Shown: one piece after another, positions 40,599-53,600 of the stretch
Layout: the number at the start of each line of letters is the position of its first letter
How positions within the stretch are numbered: position 1 is the first letter of the stretch
DNA from: Pseudovirgaria hyperparasitica
Taxonomy: Eukaryota
Assembly (NCBI GenBank): GCA_010093815.1
Contig: ML996590.1
Direction: 5' to 3' (one strand)
DNA length: 64,000 bases
Position numbers and translations under genes: made by a program
Notes under the pieces: generated by a model
Databases searched by the model: none
What the model was told of the DNA's origin: nothing
Seen by the model: only the letters and a program-made list of their open reading frames with translations

Positions 40599-41449
40599 CC
40601 TATACCTATAGAACGTATATATAGCTATATATATAGTTCTTCCTAGTTAAACACTAATATTATTATTATTATTATTATTATATATATCTATTATAAGCTA
40701 ATATTTCTCTATAGTTTATACTTTAAGACTATTAGATAGACCTTTAAGAAAGAGTTCTATTTATAAATATAGACTTAGACTTCCTTTAGTAGTAAGTTTC
40801 TCTATAATAATATATAGAGAGAGAGTATAATAGATCTATCTTAACTATCTCTATATATTTTTATATAAAGTAGATAGTACCCTCTTTAAGTATTAAGTTA
40901 AATAGAGAGAATTCCTTAAGTAACTCTTTATATAATATAGTATATTATTATTTTTAAAAACTAGATATTTCTTTAATAGTAGGTTAGAGATAGTTCTTAT
41001 AGTATAATAGTAGAGATATTATTTTATTATTAGATAGAACCTTATAGTTAGTATATATATCTTTATACTTCTAAAGGAAAGTTATAATATTTATTTCTTT
41101 AAAATATTCTAGAGCTAGAGTAGATAAAGGAACTATCCTTCTCTATTATATAAATACTATAAAGAAATTAAGTATCTCTCTATAAGTTACTAGGTCTTTA
41201 TCTTAAGTTCTAATTATACTATTACTAATAGTAGATATACTAATAGAGATACTAGGGGTAAGATTATTAGTTAAGGGATTACTTTCTAATATATCTATCT
41301 ATAATATCTATGAAAAGGGCAGGTATAAATAGATATATAATATTCCTTATATAAGGAATATATATCTAANNNNNNNNNNNNNNNNNNNNNNNNNNNNNNN
41401 NNNNNNNNNNNNNNNNNNNNNNNNNNNNNNNNNNNNNNNNNNNNNNNNN

Positions 41450-41753
41450 CTAGACCTCTAGACGTACGTATACGTTCTATAGCTCTAGTAGTTTCCTTAG
41501 AATAGAATAGAGTAGAGTAGAACTCTATAGAACTTATAGACTCTATAGTAGAACCTAATAGAACTCTATAGAAGTTCGTGTTTCTAAAGACCTCTAGAAG
41601 TTTCTAGAGGGTTCTAGAAACTTCTATAAGAGTATAGAGTATTTATATATATAAGTAGATAATATTAGTAATATCGATTACTAATATTAAGCTATTCCTA
41701 ATAAGGAAATACCTTATATAAACTTATTAGATATAGTAGAGGTTAAGTTTATA
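41450..41753 (+). repeat. Probable LTR, family D (left end in gap)
   Basis: Direct repeat of ~58335-58652, with TATA-like run and shared end GGTTA(A/G)GTTTATAA. Confidence 0.6.
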
Positions 41754-42206
41754 ATATCTACTATTTCTTTATTATATTAATTAGCTCTTTTATATAGTAA
41801 GCTATTACTATTATCTTTCTTAATATAAGACTTATAGTATTCTACTTATATTAATATTCTAGTATATGGTATTCCTAGAATAGTATATCTATGGATCTCT
41901 ATTTATAAGTAATAACTATAGTAATACTAGAAGGGCTATATTATTTATATCTATAGACTCTATTATTATTATTCTTATTACTCTATTTAGTTTTCTTTTA
42001 TATTCTATTTATTTAAAGCTCTTTTAACTTATATTATTATATAGACTAGTATATATATATTTATAGTAGTAATTTCTAAGAGACTAGTCTCTAGTAACTC
42101 TAGACTTTTTAGCTTCTAGACTTATAGCTTTAGTCTAGTAGATCTAGATTATCTTAGTAGTTACTTAATATATCTTCTCTATATTAGTTTAGAGATTCTA
42201 ATCTCT

Positions 42207-42434
42207 TATTAGAACTTAGTCTTAGATATAACTAGATCTATATATATCTTAGCTAACTTAGTTAGAAGGTAGTATAATAGATAGTAAACGGTTATATACT
42301 AAATAGATTAGTATCTCTTTATATATATACTCTTAGATTTCTACTAAAAGGGTTTAGTAGGAATTTATTCTATAATAGAATATACTCTATTACTTTATCT
42401 AACTATACTACTATCTAATTACTCTATTCTTATA
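42207..42434 (+). mobile_element. Solo LTR of family C
   Basis: 228-bp match to the C LTRs, TSD TCTCT. Confidence 0.88.
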
Positions 42435-42849
42435 TCTCTCTCTATAAGTCTAAGGTCTAGATATAATCTCTAAATTTATAGTAGACTATTCTTAAGGTAT
42501 ATTCTTTAGAGAAAGAGATTTTCTCTTTAATTAGATAGATATAATAAAGTTATATCTATCTTCTCTATATACTATAAGTACTCTTTAAATATATAATTTC
42601 TTATTAGTTTTCTTATATAATAGAATAGATCTATATAATACTTATAATCGATTCTTTAATAACTATATCTATTAATTAATATCTATAGAAGCCTATAAAT
42701 ATAAAGAAAAGATAAATAGTTAAATATTAGTAATAGAGAGTACTCTAGTTATTAAAATAAGTAGAGAAATATTCTTCTTAAGTATATAAATAAACCATGT
42801 AACTAAGCTAGAGATATATATATAGAGCTATAGATACGGCCTTCTATAC

Positions 42850-43865
42850 TATTCTAAGGGTACTTAGTATAAATATAGCTAAATATTTCTAGGTTATTAT
42901 AGATAGTAGCTTAACTTCCTTCTATCTATTCTATTGTTTATAGAATTATAAACCTAGATAGTATTCTCTAAATAAAATATATTATACTTTAATAGAAAAG
43001 AGTAGAGAGTTATTAAGAAAGTACTTTTTAGAATCTCTCTTCTAATCTTTCTACTTCTTTTAGTTCTTCTCTATAAATATAGTTAGATCTTTAGATTTTA
43101 GTATATCTAGAGAGCTAATAGTATAGATTAGTAATAAAGAAGTTAGAATTATAGTAGGTTATTATAGTTCTTATATAGAGTGAATTAATTCTCTCTAGAT
43201 TAGTATAGAATATTCTCTAGTAGCTTCTATATAATATAGCTCTTTAAGGGACTTCTTAAGTTTATATTTCTTTCTAAGAAGTTTTATATATTCTATCTAC
43301 TCTTTAAGAGTTTAGATCTCTTAGATCTAATTTATAATATACTTCTAAAGTTTAGTAATAGTTTATTATAATACCTTATATAGCTCTACTATAACTTATT
43401 CTCTAGCTTTATATTACTAGAAGCTACTTAGTATATCTACTATTTTCTTATTAGAAAGTTCTATAATTTAATCTAATATATCTACTTCTTAATTAAGAAT
43501 AGCTAGACTTAATACTAATTATAGAGAATTTCTAGTATTTAATATAGTATTACTTATCTCTATAGTAGATTATACTAATCTTCTTAGTTCTAATTAGACT
43601 ATCTTAACTATAGTACTATATAGAAAGTAATTTAAATATAAGAATAGAGTAATTAGATACTAGTATAGTTAGATATAATAATAGAGTATATTCTATAATA
43701 GAATAAATTACTACTAAACTCTTTTAGTAGAAATCTAAGAGTATATATATAAAGAAGTACTAATCTATTTAGTATATAACTATTTACTATCTATTATACT
43801 ACCTTCTAACTAAGTTAGCTAAGATATATATAAGTCTAGTCTTTATCTAAGACTAAGTTCTAATA
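42850..43865 (-). mobile_element. Truncated family C copy (5' LTR 43637-43865 plus gag fragment)
   Basis: Reverse-complement match to 44659-45675. Confidence 0.8.
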
Positions 43866-44658
43866 ACTATAGAACTTTTATACTATCTCTATAAGGGAGA
43901 CATCTCTAATATTTCTCTATAGTATAAGATATATAGCTAGAGAGATATAATATACTACTATCTTATTATATACTCTAACCTTTATATATAATAGTAATAG
44001 CTTATATATAATAAGAACTTCTAATATTATATAGTAGCTTAATAAGTACTCTAAGAATATCTTCTAGTAGATACTTATATATCTACTACTTCTCTAGTAC
44101 TAGTAGATCTAGAAATATATACTAGAAGAACCTTAGAAGAATTCTAATTATTAGTTAAGAATAGTCCTTAGCTAATAATCTCTATATTTATATATACTAT
44201 TTAAGAGTAAAATAATAGTAATATAGACTATAGATCTATAGATAGCTAGATAGTATAGTAGTAGTATACTATATTACTAGAAGTATTTATTATCTAATGT
44301 TATAGATTTAAATTCTATAATAGCTATCTTTTTATATACTAGTTTTTATATACTCTACTAAAGGTATATAGAGTTAAGTAAATATATAATATAAAGATTA
44401 CTATTATATAATTACTTAGTTCTAAGTAATAGTTATATAATATAGAGATATCTATAAAATAAAATTATCTAATTTAGCTATCTATCTATACTACCTTAAG
44501 TAATAGAGCTAAGCCTAGAGTAGCTAGACTAAAAAATTCTACTTAGCTTAAATTGTAGAATTTATATATACTAAATAGAGTCTTATCTACTCTAATCTAG
44601 CTTAGCTTATACTTACTCTAGCTTAGTAAATAATAAAATAGATAGTAATATCTAATAA

Positions 44659-47600
44659 TATTAGAACTTAGTCTTAGACACGACCTAATTTATACGTACC
44701 TTAGCTAATATAGTTAGAAGGTAGTATAAAGGGTAGTAAACGGTTATATACTAGGTAGATCGGCGTCCCTTTATATATATACTCTTAGATTTCTACTAAA
44801 AGGGTTTAGTAGTAATTTATTCTATAATAGAATATACTCTATTATTCTATCTAACTATACTACTATCTAATAACCCTATTCTTATATTCGAATTACTCTC
44901 TATATAGTACTATAGTTAAGATAGTCTAACTAGAACTAAGAAGGTTAATATAATCTACTATAGGGATAAGTAATACTATATTAAATAATAGAAATCTTCT
45001 ATAATTAGTATTAATTCTAGCTATTTCTAACTAAGAAGTAGAGATATTAGACTAAGTTATAGAGCTTTTAGATAAAGAAATAGTAGATATACTAAGTAAC
45101 TTCTAATAATATAAAGCTAGATAATAAGTCGTGGTAGAGCTATATAAGATATTATAATAAACTATTACTAAACTATAGAAGTATATTACTAATTAAGCCT
45201 AAGAGATTTAGATTCTTAAAGAATAGACTAAATATATAAAATTTCTTATAAAGAGATAAGAACTTAAAGAGTCTCTTAAAGAACTATACTAAATAATAGT
45301 AGATAGATAACTTTCTATACTAATTTAGACGGAATTAGTTTATCTACTACTAGAGTTATAATAATCTACTATACTTCTAGCCGCTTTATTACTAATTTAC
45401 TCTACTTCTTCTCTAGGCGTACTAAAATCTAAAGATCTAACTATATTTATAGAGAAGAACTAAAAGGAGTAGAAAGACTAGAAAAGAGACTATAAAAAGT
45501 ACTTTCTTAATAATCTACTACTCTTCTCTACTAAAGTATAATATATTTTATTTAGGGAATAATACCTAGACTTATAATTCTATAATTAATAGAATAGATA
45601 GAAGGAAGTATAGCTATTATCTACGATAACCTAGGAATATCTAGCTATATTTATACTAAATACCCTTAGAATAGATAGAGAATATAAAAGAAAGGTACTA
45701 TCTAAGTTAAGAAGCGTAGTATAATAACCGAACTAGATACCTACTTAACTACTATAATACCTTTAAAACCTATAGAATAATATCCCTATACTATAGAAAA
45801 ATATTTATATATTCTAGTTTTATAAAGTACTACTCCCGTTAATCTATAAAAGACTAGAAATAGTATTATTAAGTTTTAACTATCTATATAAATTAGAGAA
45901 GAAAGCTAATAAATANNNNNNNNNNNNNNNNNNNNNNNNNNNNNNNNNNNNNNNNNNNNNNNNNNNNNNNNNNNNNNNNNNNNNNNNNNNNNNNNNNNNN
46001 NNNNNNNNNNNNNNNNNNNNNNNNNNNNNNNNNNNNNNNNNNNNNNNNNNNNNNNNNNNNNNNNNNNNNNNNNNNNNNNNNNNNNNNNNNNNNNNNNNNN
46101 NNNNNNNNNNNNNNNNNNNNNNNNNNNNNNNNNNNNNNNNNNNNNNNNNNNNNNNNNNNNNNNNNNNNNNNNNNNNNNNNNNNNNNNNNNNNNNNNNNNN
46201 NNNNNNNNNNNNNNNNNNNNNNNNNNNNNNNNNNNNNNNNNNNNNNNNNNNNNNNNNNNNNNNNNNNNNNNNNNNNNNNNNNNNNNNNNNNNNNNNNNNN
46301 NNNNNNNNNNNNNNNNNNNNNNNNNNNNNNNNNNNNNNNNNNNNNNNNNNNNNNNNNNNNNNNNNNNNNNNNNNNNNNNNNNNNNNNNNNNNNNNNNNNN
46401 NNNNNNNNNNATCTTAGTAAAGTTAGCTAAACTATTATAGTTAATAGATATAAAGTTAGAACTTTAGATAAAGCTATAATAAATTATAAAGTTTATAACT
46501 TAAAGATAATAAAATAGTAGATATCTAATAAATTTATTATAGCTAATATTAGCTAATAGAATATAATTCTAGAGATACCTTAGCTTAAACGCCTAAACCC
46601 TATCCTTGATTTTTAGAAGAAGATATTAATATTCCGTTAATATTATAGTAAATTATACTAATAAGTTATAACTATTAGTAAGGAGGTATAGAACCTTACT
46701 ATATAGACTTAATTATTACTAATCTATCTTATATCTCTATTAATTATTAATAAAGATAAGAATAATAGTAATAATTAGAGTAAAGATATACTATCTAATA
46801 TATATTTATAGTATATAGATATGTTTTTAGTAGAAGACGCGTTACTTCTCTCTAATTATAGACTATATAAGCTAAAGATTAAGCTTAAAGAAGAAGTAGA
46901 TATCTCTTATAGTCTACCTTATCTACTTTTAAGACTAGAACTTAAAGTTCTTTATAAATATATTAAAGAATACCTCGGAAGAGACTAGATATATTATAGT
47001 ATATTATTAGCTAGTATATCTATTCTCTTTATAAAGAAGAAAGATAGAAGTTTATATCTATATATTAACTATTAGATACTAAATATAGTAACTAAGAAGA
47101 ATTATTATCTATTACTACTAGTTAGTAAATCTTTAGACTAATTAATAAAGGTAAAGTACTTTATAAAGCTAGATTTATAAGATATATATTACTAGCTTTA
47201 AATTTATTATAGAGATAAGTAGAAAACTATATTTTAGACTAGATATAGTTACTTTAAGTATACTATTATACTATTTAGGCTAATAAATATACTAGAAGCG
47301 TTTTAAGAATATATTAATACTATACTTATAGAATTACTTAATATAATCTATATAGTCTATCTTAATAATATACTAATTTACTCTAATAGTATATAGAATT
47401 ATAAATAATATATAAAATTAGTACTAAATTAGCTAAGATAGTATAAGCTCTATATAAAGTTATCTAAATATAAGTTCTACTAATAAGAAGTTAGGTTTCT
47501 TAGCTTTATTATAATATATAGCGGTTCAAAAATAGAGCTAGAGCGTATAAAGACTATTATAGAATAGCTAGAATCTACTACTATATATTAAATTAGAATA

Positions 47601-50600
47601 TTTATAGATTTTATAAACTATTATTATAAATTTATTATAGACTTCTTCTAAATTATAGTACTACTTAATAAACTTATAGAGAATAGTAGTAAAATCTCTA
47701 TAGATAGACAAGTATAGTATAAAGCTAAGTTAGTTAAAATATAATTAATACTAGAAGTATAAGATATATTCTAATTATTAAAGAATTACTTTATAACTAT
47801 ACTAATTCTTAGGTATTTTAATTCTAAGAAGTATATTTAGATTAAAACTAATATATTAGAATTTATAATTACTAGAATTATTAGTTAACTATATAAGAAT
47901 ATAAAAGATAAGGTATAATAGTACCTAGTTATCTTCTTTTTCTATAAAATAGTAGATATAGAGATATATTATAATACGTATAACTAGAAACTACTTATAA
48001 TTAGTAAGAGTTTTAAGTAATAGTAATATTATTTAGAAGGTTCTATATATTAGATTAAATTATTATTAGATTATATAAATCTATATTACTTTATATTAAC
48101 TAAGGTTCTTAATTACTAATAAGTATATTAGACTAAGTAGATATTAATATTTAACTTTAAAATCTTATATAAAACTAGAAGAGAGAATAAAGCTAATTCT
48201 CTATCGCGGTATAAAGATTATAAGAAATTATTATAGAATAACGTAGATAGTTAGTATAATTTAGACTATACTATACTATAGATACTATAAGACTAGTTAT
48301 CTAATAGAATACTAGAAGCTAGGATACTTTTAGTAATTCTCTATAGAAATTAGAGCGGGTATTAAGTAATCTAAATAAATACCTAAGAAACTAAGAAAAC
48401 TCTTAAAGACTTAATTAAATCTATCTAGAATTCTAATATATTAGTAAAGAAAGTTATAAGTATAAAAGAAAGTACTATAGATCTACTATAGTTATTAAGA
48501 TAGAAATAATAATTAGATATAATCTACTTCTAAGGCCAACTCTATATACTAGAAGGCGGCTTATAAATTAATATTTTAAGAGAATAGTATAATTACACGC
48601 TAGTGGAATACTTTAGTATTATAAGAATAGTTAATTTAATCTAAAGAATATATAACTAGCTAGGTCTTTATAAATATATAAAGAACTATATAAAAATATA
48701 TAACGTTTACTAGTTTATAAAAGTATATAGATACTTACTATATAGTAAATTAAAGCTATTATCTATACTAAAGAAGATATAGAAGAAATTATTAATAGAT
48801 TTTATTATAGATCTACCCCTAAGTAAGTATTTTAGATATATTTATAATAGTTTACTTATAGTTCTAGATAGATTTATAAAGATATTATACTATATCTCTA
48901 TAAGAAAGATAATCTAAGTACTAGGTCTTATAGATATACTACTCTATAATATAGTTTAGCTCTATAGTATACTAAATAGTATAGTTTTAGATAGAGGTCT
49001 ATAGATAATATCTAAATTTTAGAAGGATTTCTACTATATACTAGAAATTAAGTAGAAACTTAGTATTATATTCTATCTATAAATAGATAGATAGATAAAG
49101 TAGTAGAACTAGATAGTTAAGGTATATTTACGCGTATATTATAACTATAAATAGAATAACTAGATAAGGTTAGTCTATATTATAGAATTTATATATAATA
49201 ATAGCTAATATATATTAATCTATATAAGTCTATTTAAAGTAAACTTTAGTTAGAACTATAATATATAGTTCTTAGAAATATAGTTTAAAGTAGAATAATC
49301 TAATATTAAAGTAATAGAAATTACTATAGAACTATTCTAAATATAAAGAAGTATTATAAAGTTACTATAAGATACTATAGATTATAGTAAATTATACGAT
49401 AATAAGGGTAGAAAACCTATAATCTTTAATATTAGAGATAAAGTTTTACTAAATAGTAAGAATATTTATAGTATTAGACTAAAGAAGAAGCTTAACTATA
49501 TAATAATAGATCTATATAAGATTACTTATATAATTAATAACTAGATATATAAGTTAAAACTCCCTTCTATATTAAAGATATATAATATATTCTATATTAT
49601 ACTTCTTAAGCTATTTTATACCTTATTATTACTAGATTATTCTAAATAGATACTATATAAAGTAATTATATAAGAAGGTATAGATATCTATAAAGTTAAG
49701 TAGATACTTAGCTAATAATATACTAAAGATAGTATATAGCTATATAAAATTTATTAGAAAGGATATAATTCTAATAAAGATACTTAGAAACCTATAATAA
49801 ATATTAATAAAGTAGTAATATTAGTATATAAGTAGTAATTAATAAAGAAAGCTATAGAATTATAGAGAATTATACTAAAGTATAGTAATTTAATATTTTT
49901 TAGTATAGTTTAGTACTAAGGATAGCTATCTAAAAGAAAGAAGGTAAAAGAGATATAGATCTTTAAAATATTCTAAGGAATTAAGGAACTTCCTTAGAAA
50001 GTTTAAACTTAGAACTTCCTTAGAAAGTTTAAACTTAGAACTTTAAAAAATTTAACTAAAAAAGAGACTTAGAAAAATAATTTACTAAGAGAAATAGATA
50101 TTAAAAATTAGTACTAATTAGTATAGATTAGTATAGATTACTAAAGAGATTAAAGAAGTTATTATTAAAGAAAGATAAAAATAAGAAAACTAAAAGAAAA
50201 TATAAAGATCTATATAGATCTATATAAACTTATACTAATCTATCTAGAAGAAGTAAGATTACTTTAAAATTAAAACTAAAAACTAAAAATACTAGATAAA
50301 AAAAATATATTAATACTAATTAGTATAGATCTAAACTAATTAAGTTAGAGTAGAAGTAGAAGTACTAATTATTATAATAATTATATATAATTTCTTCTAC
50401 TAGTTCTTATTTAGTATAGTATAAAGCTTTATAATATAAGTCTCTAGTCTTTTATTCTAATACTATAAATTCTATATAATATATCTTATAACTATAAACT
50501 TCTCTATAGAAATCTATAGAGTAGTAGAAACTAGAGTAGAGAGAGATAGACTAGTATAGATATACTAAGAATTTTATAAATTAGTAAAAAGATTTAATAA

Positions 50601-53600
50601 TTAGTATAGAACTATAATAATAATAATAATAATATTATATAACTAGGTAGAGTAGTACTCTATAGGCCTATGCCTTCTCTAGTCTAAGCTACTATATAAG
50701 AAGAAACCCTATAGAGAAAAACTTCCTTATATCTATAACTATATCTTATTAAACCTCTATTTCGTCTTAAGTATATAGCTATAGAGTACGCCTATTAGCC
50801 TATAGTCTATATTACCGTTATTTCGCCCTTAGGTAGCACGTATAGGTATAGAGGTTATTAGTTAAGGGCTGCCCTTAACTAATAATCGGGGTTCTCCCGG
50901 GGTTCTTCTAGTATATATCGGGTTACTACTAGCGTATACCGGGTCTCTTCCGGTATATATTTCTAGGTCTACTAGTACTAGAGGAGTAATAGATATATAA
51001 GTATCTATCGGGAGACATCCTTAGGGTACTTATTAAGCTATTATATAATATCTAAAGTCTTCGTAACGTAGATAAGCTATTACCGTTATATATAGAGGTT
51101 AGGGTATATAGCTAGATAGTAGCGTATTATACCTCTCCGGCCGTACGCCTTATACTATAGAGAGATATTAGGAACGCCTCTCTTATAGATATAGTATAGG
51201 AGTTCTATAGCGCCCGTTCGGGCTTAGATAAGTATAGATACTTAGGCTTTCGTTAGCCCTTTATATATCTATTTACTTAGTTCCTTCTATAGCCCTTAAA
51301 TCTACTCTAGATACCTATTCTATTAGAAGATCTAGTAGGTATAGAGTGCCTCTTTCTACTTATCTTAAGTCTATAACCGTATATTTTTCACGAGTTCTTA
51401 AAGACTCTACTAGTCTAGAAGAGCGTCCGGGTTATCTCGGACTTCTTATACTACTTAGCTAGAGTCGGCTTCTATTAAGTACCTATACTATATTTAATTC
51501 CGGCCTATATATAGGAGTACGCGGTAATATATACTAATTTATATATATAGCGCGGCGAAAGTATATTCTACGTTTCCTATACATTTCTATACTTATTATT
51601 TAGTAAAGTATATTACCCTCTATATCTAGTAGAAGTTATATATACTTATAACGTCTATCTCGCGTCATAGTAGTACTATATTAGTAGCTTTATATACGCC
51701 TAATATAAGACGAAGTATATAGTTCTATATGGATTTAAGCTTTATTCGCCTAGTCTATATAAGGGCTATATACTAGTACTCGTGTCCGTACATGAAGGCG
51801 GGTCATACTATAGATATATATAGCTAGCGTGCCTTATCCCGGGCGGTTCTCTACGTAGAGACTATAATCCGTTATATAGTAGCTTCTATCTAGAGGGCCC
51901 TAGAGACGGTATATACTACTTATAGTCCCTATTTAAGCTTACTATCTAGTATAACTCCGAGCGCGTGTATACTTTATACTAGTAGTTCGTTAAATATATC
52001 GATTTAGAGGCGTTATTCGCCTTCTCTAGTTATCTATTTCCCTTAATAGTTAATAAAGTATATAAGCTAGTATTTCTCCGGGGCGAACTTTACTCTATAG
52101 CGTTTTATCTACTAGAGGCACCTCTTATAGTCCTATTCTAGTCGTCTATACGTTCGGTTAGTATTATTATTAATAGCTAGAAGGTATATATTATCGGCGT
52201 ATCCGACTACCTCTATATACTTTATTTCTTAAAGAAGGTCTACTATAAAGAAGAGGAATAGGATTAGAGAGATAGTACTCCCTTATAGGATGCCGTATAC
52301 TATCTCTTTATATTCGCTCTAGTACCTAGGGATATATATCTAAGTTATTCTTTCTATAAGGAATGACTATATAAAGCGTATAATCTATTCTAGTATTCGT
52401 CTTATCCGGAGGTTATGAATAAGTCTTATATAGTTTACCTTATTAAACGCTCCGGCTATATTAAGGGAGAGGAGTAATACTATCCGTCTCTATTTCCATA
52501 CGGCCTAGACAACTTTAATAATATATTAAATAGCTATTATTAGGGAGCTATCTATCTTTACCTTCTGGTTCGAAGGGAGAAGATTATATTCCTATACCGC
52601 GGTACTTATCTTCTTCGCTACCGTAGCCTCTAGTATCTTACCTAGGTAGAAGAGAAGGGCGATTAGTCTCTATCCCTTTAGGGAGTTAGGGCTCTTTCCT
52701 AGTTTTAGGAGTATAATAGTATAGGCGACTTAGAAGCTCTAGGGGTGGTACCCCTACGTGACGCATGCTTAGAATATATAAGTAATAAGCGGTAGGGTCG
52801 CTTTTATAGTACTTTTTAGGTATTAATTTAGAATTCCATCTAGTCTAGGTGCTTTATTATTTAGAAGTATCTTAATAATATTAAGTATATCCTCCTCCGT
52901 AAATTCTTTAGGGATATCTACCGTATATAGATATTCGGCGCCGTAAATATCTAATAGATCTACTAGTTCTAGGAGAGGGAATATAGCCTCCCGTAGGGCC
53001 TTAGTTTTCTTAAGGCTCGTGGAGTATATTCTCCCCTAATATATTAGGGGAGGTATAAGTGGCGGGGGTGTCGGAGTATCTACGCCCTTAGCCTATTTCG
53101 CTATATACCATAGCCCTATTACGTATCGTGTCTATTAACTAGTAATTATACGCTACTATTTACGCCTTTTATTATAGAGGACTTTATTACATTATTATAT
53201 CGCTTCCTTCTATTCTTTCTATGACTCGGGTGTTCTCGTACGGTATACGCGTGTGTATAGCCTTCGGGCGTCTTATCTACTTTTCTATACTTAAGGAATC
53301 TCCTTTACTTCCGGGGGCCGGTATATTTAGTATAGTACGTGTTTATTTCTTATATTCTAGTATATTTATAGGAGTGTCTATACGGCCTAGTCTATAGCTA
53401 GATTATTAGATATATTAACTATAGAGAGATCTAGGATCGCCGATTCTAGGTCCTTTAGGTACTTTTCCTAGTCGGTGTCCTTCTATATCTATTATCCCCG
53501 TTATTTATTCGGGGTATACACGTTTATTATAGTTTCTATATATTTATAGTCGGAATCCGTCTATACCTAGCTTAGGTAGTAGTATTAGATCCGGTAACTA

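Larger units (their letters stand above)
38765..40679 (+). mobile_element. tRNA-derived SINE, copy 1 (~955 bp net; contains solo LTR-B and TRIM copy 2)
   Basis: TSD ATATATATCTATTA at 38751-38764 and 40680-40693; tRNA-like head; LINE-like 3' end with (ATT)n; no ORF. Confidence 0.75.
17551..41369 (-). mobile_element. Old, internally deleted copy of gypsy family B (B'), host of later insertions
   Basis: Fragments 17551-18883, 24353-25166 (repeated 25441-26348), 37789-38764 and 40680-41369 are reverse-complement, more heavily RIPed matches to B integrase end, PR region and gag. Confidence 0.8.

Noticed and set aside
44244..44326. Functional tRNA gene
   Set aside because: RIP-mutated boxes, imperfect acceptor and anticodon arms, and it is the head of a TSD-flanked repeat.
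49986..50045. 26-bp tandem duplication GAACTTCCTTAGAAAGTTTAAACTTA
   Set aside because: Local duplication in the 3' region of element C with no further signal.
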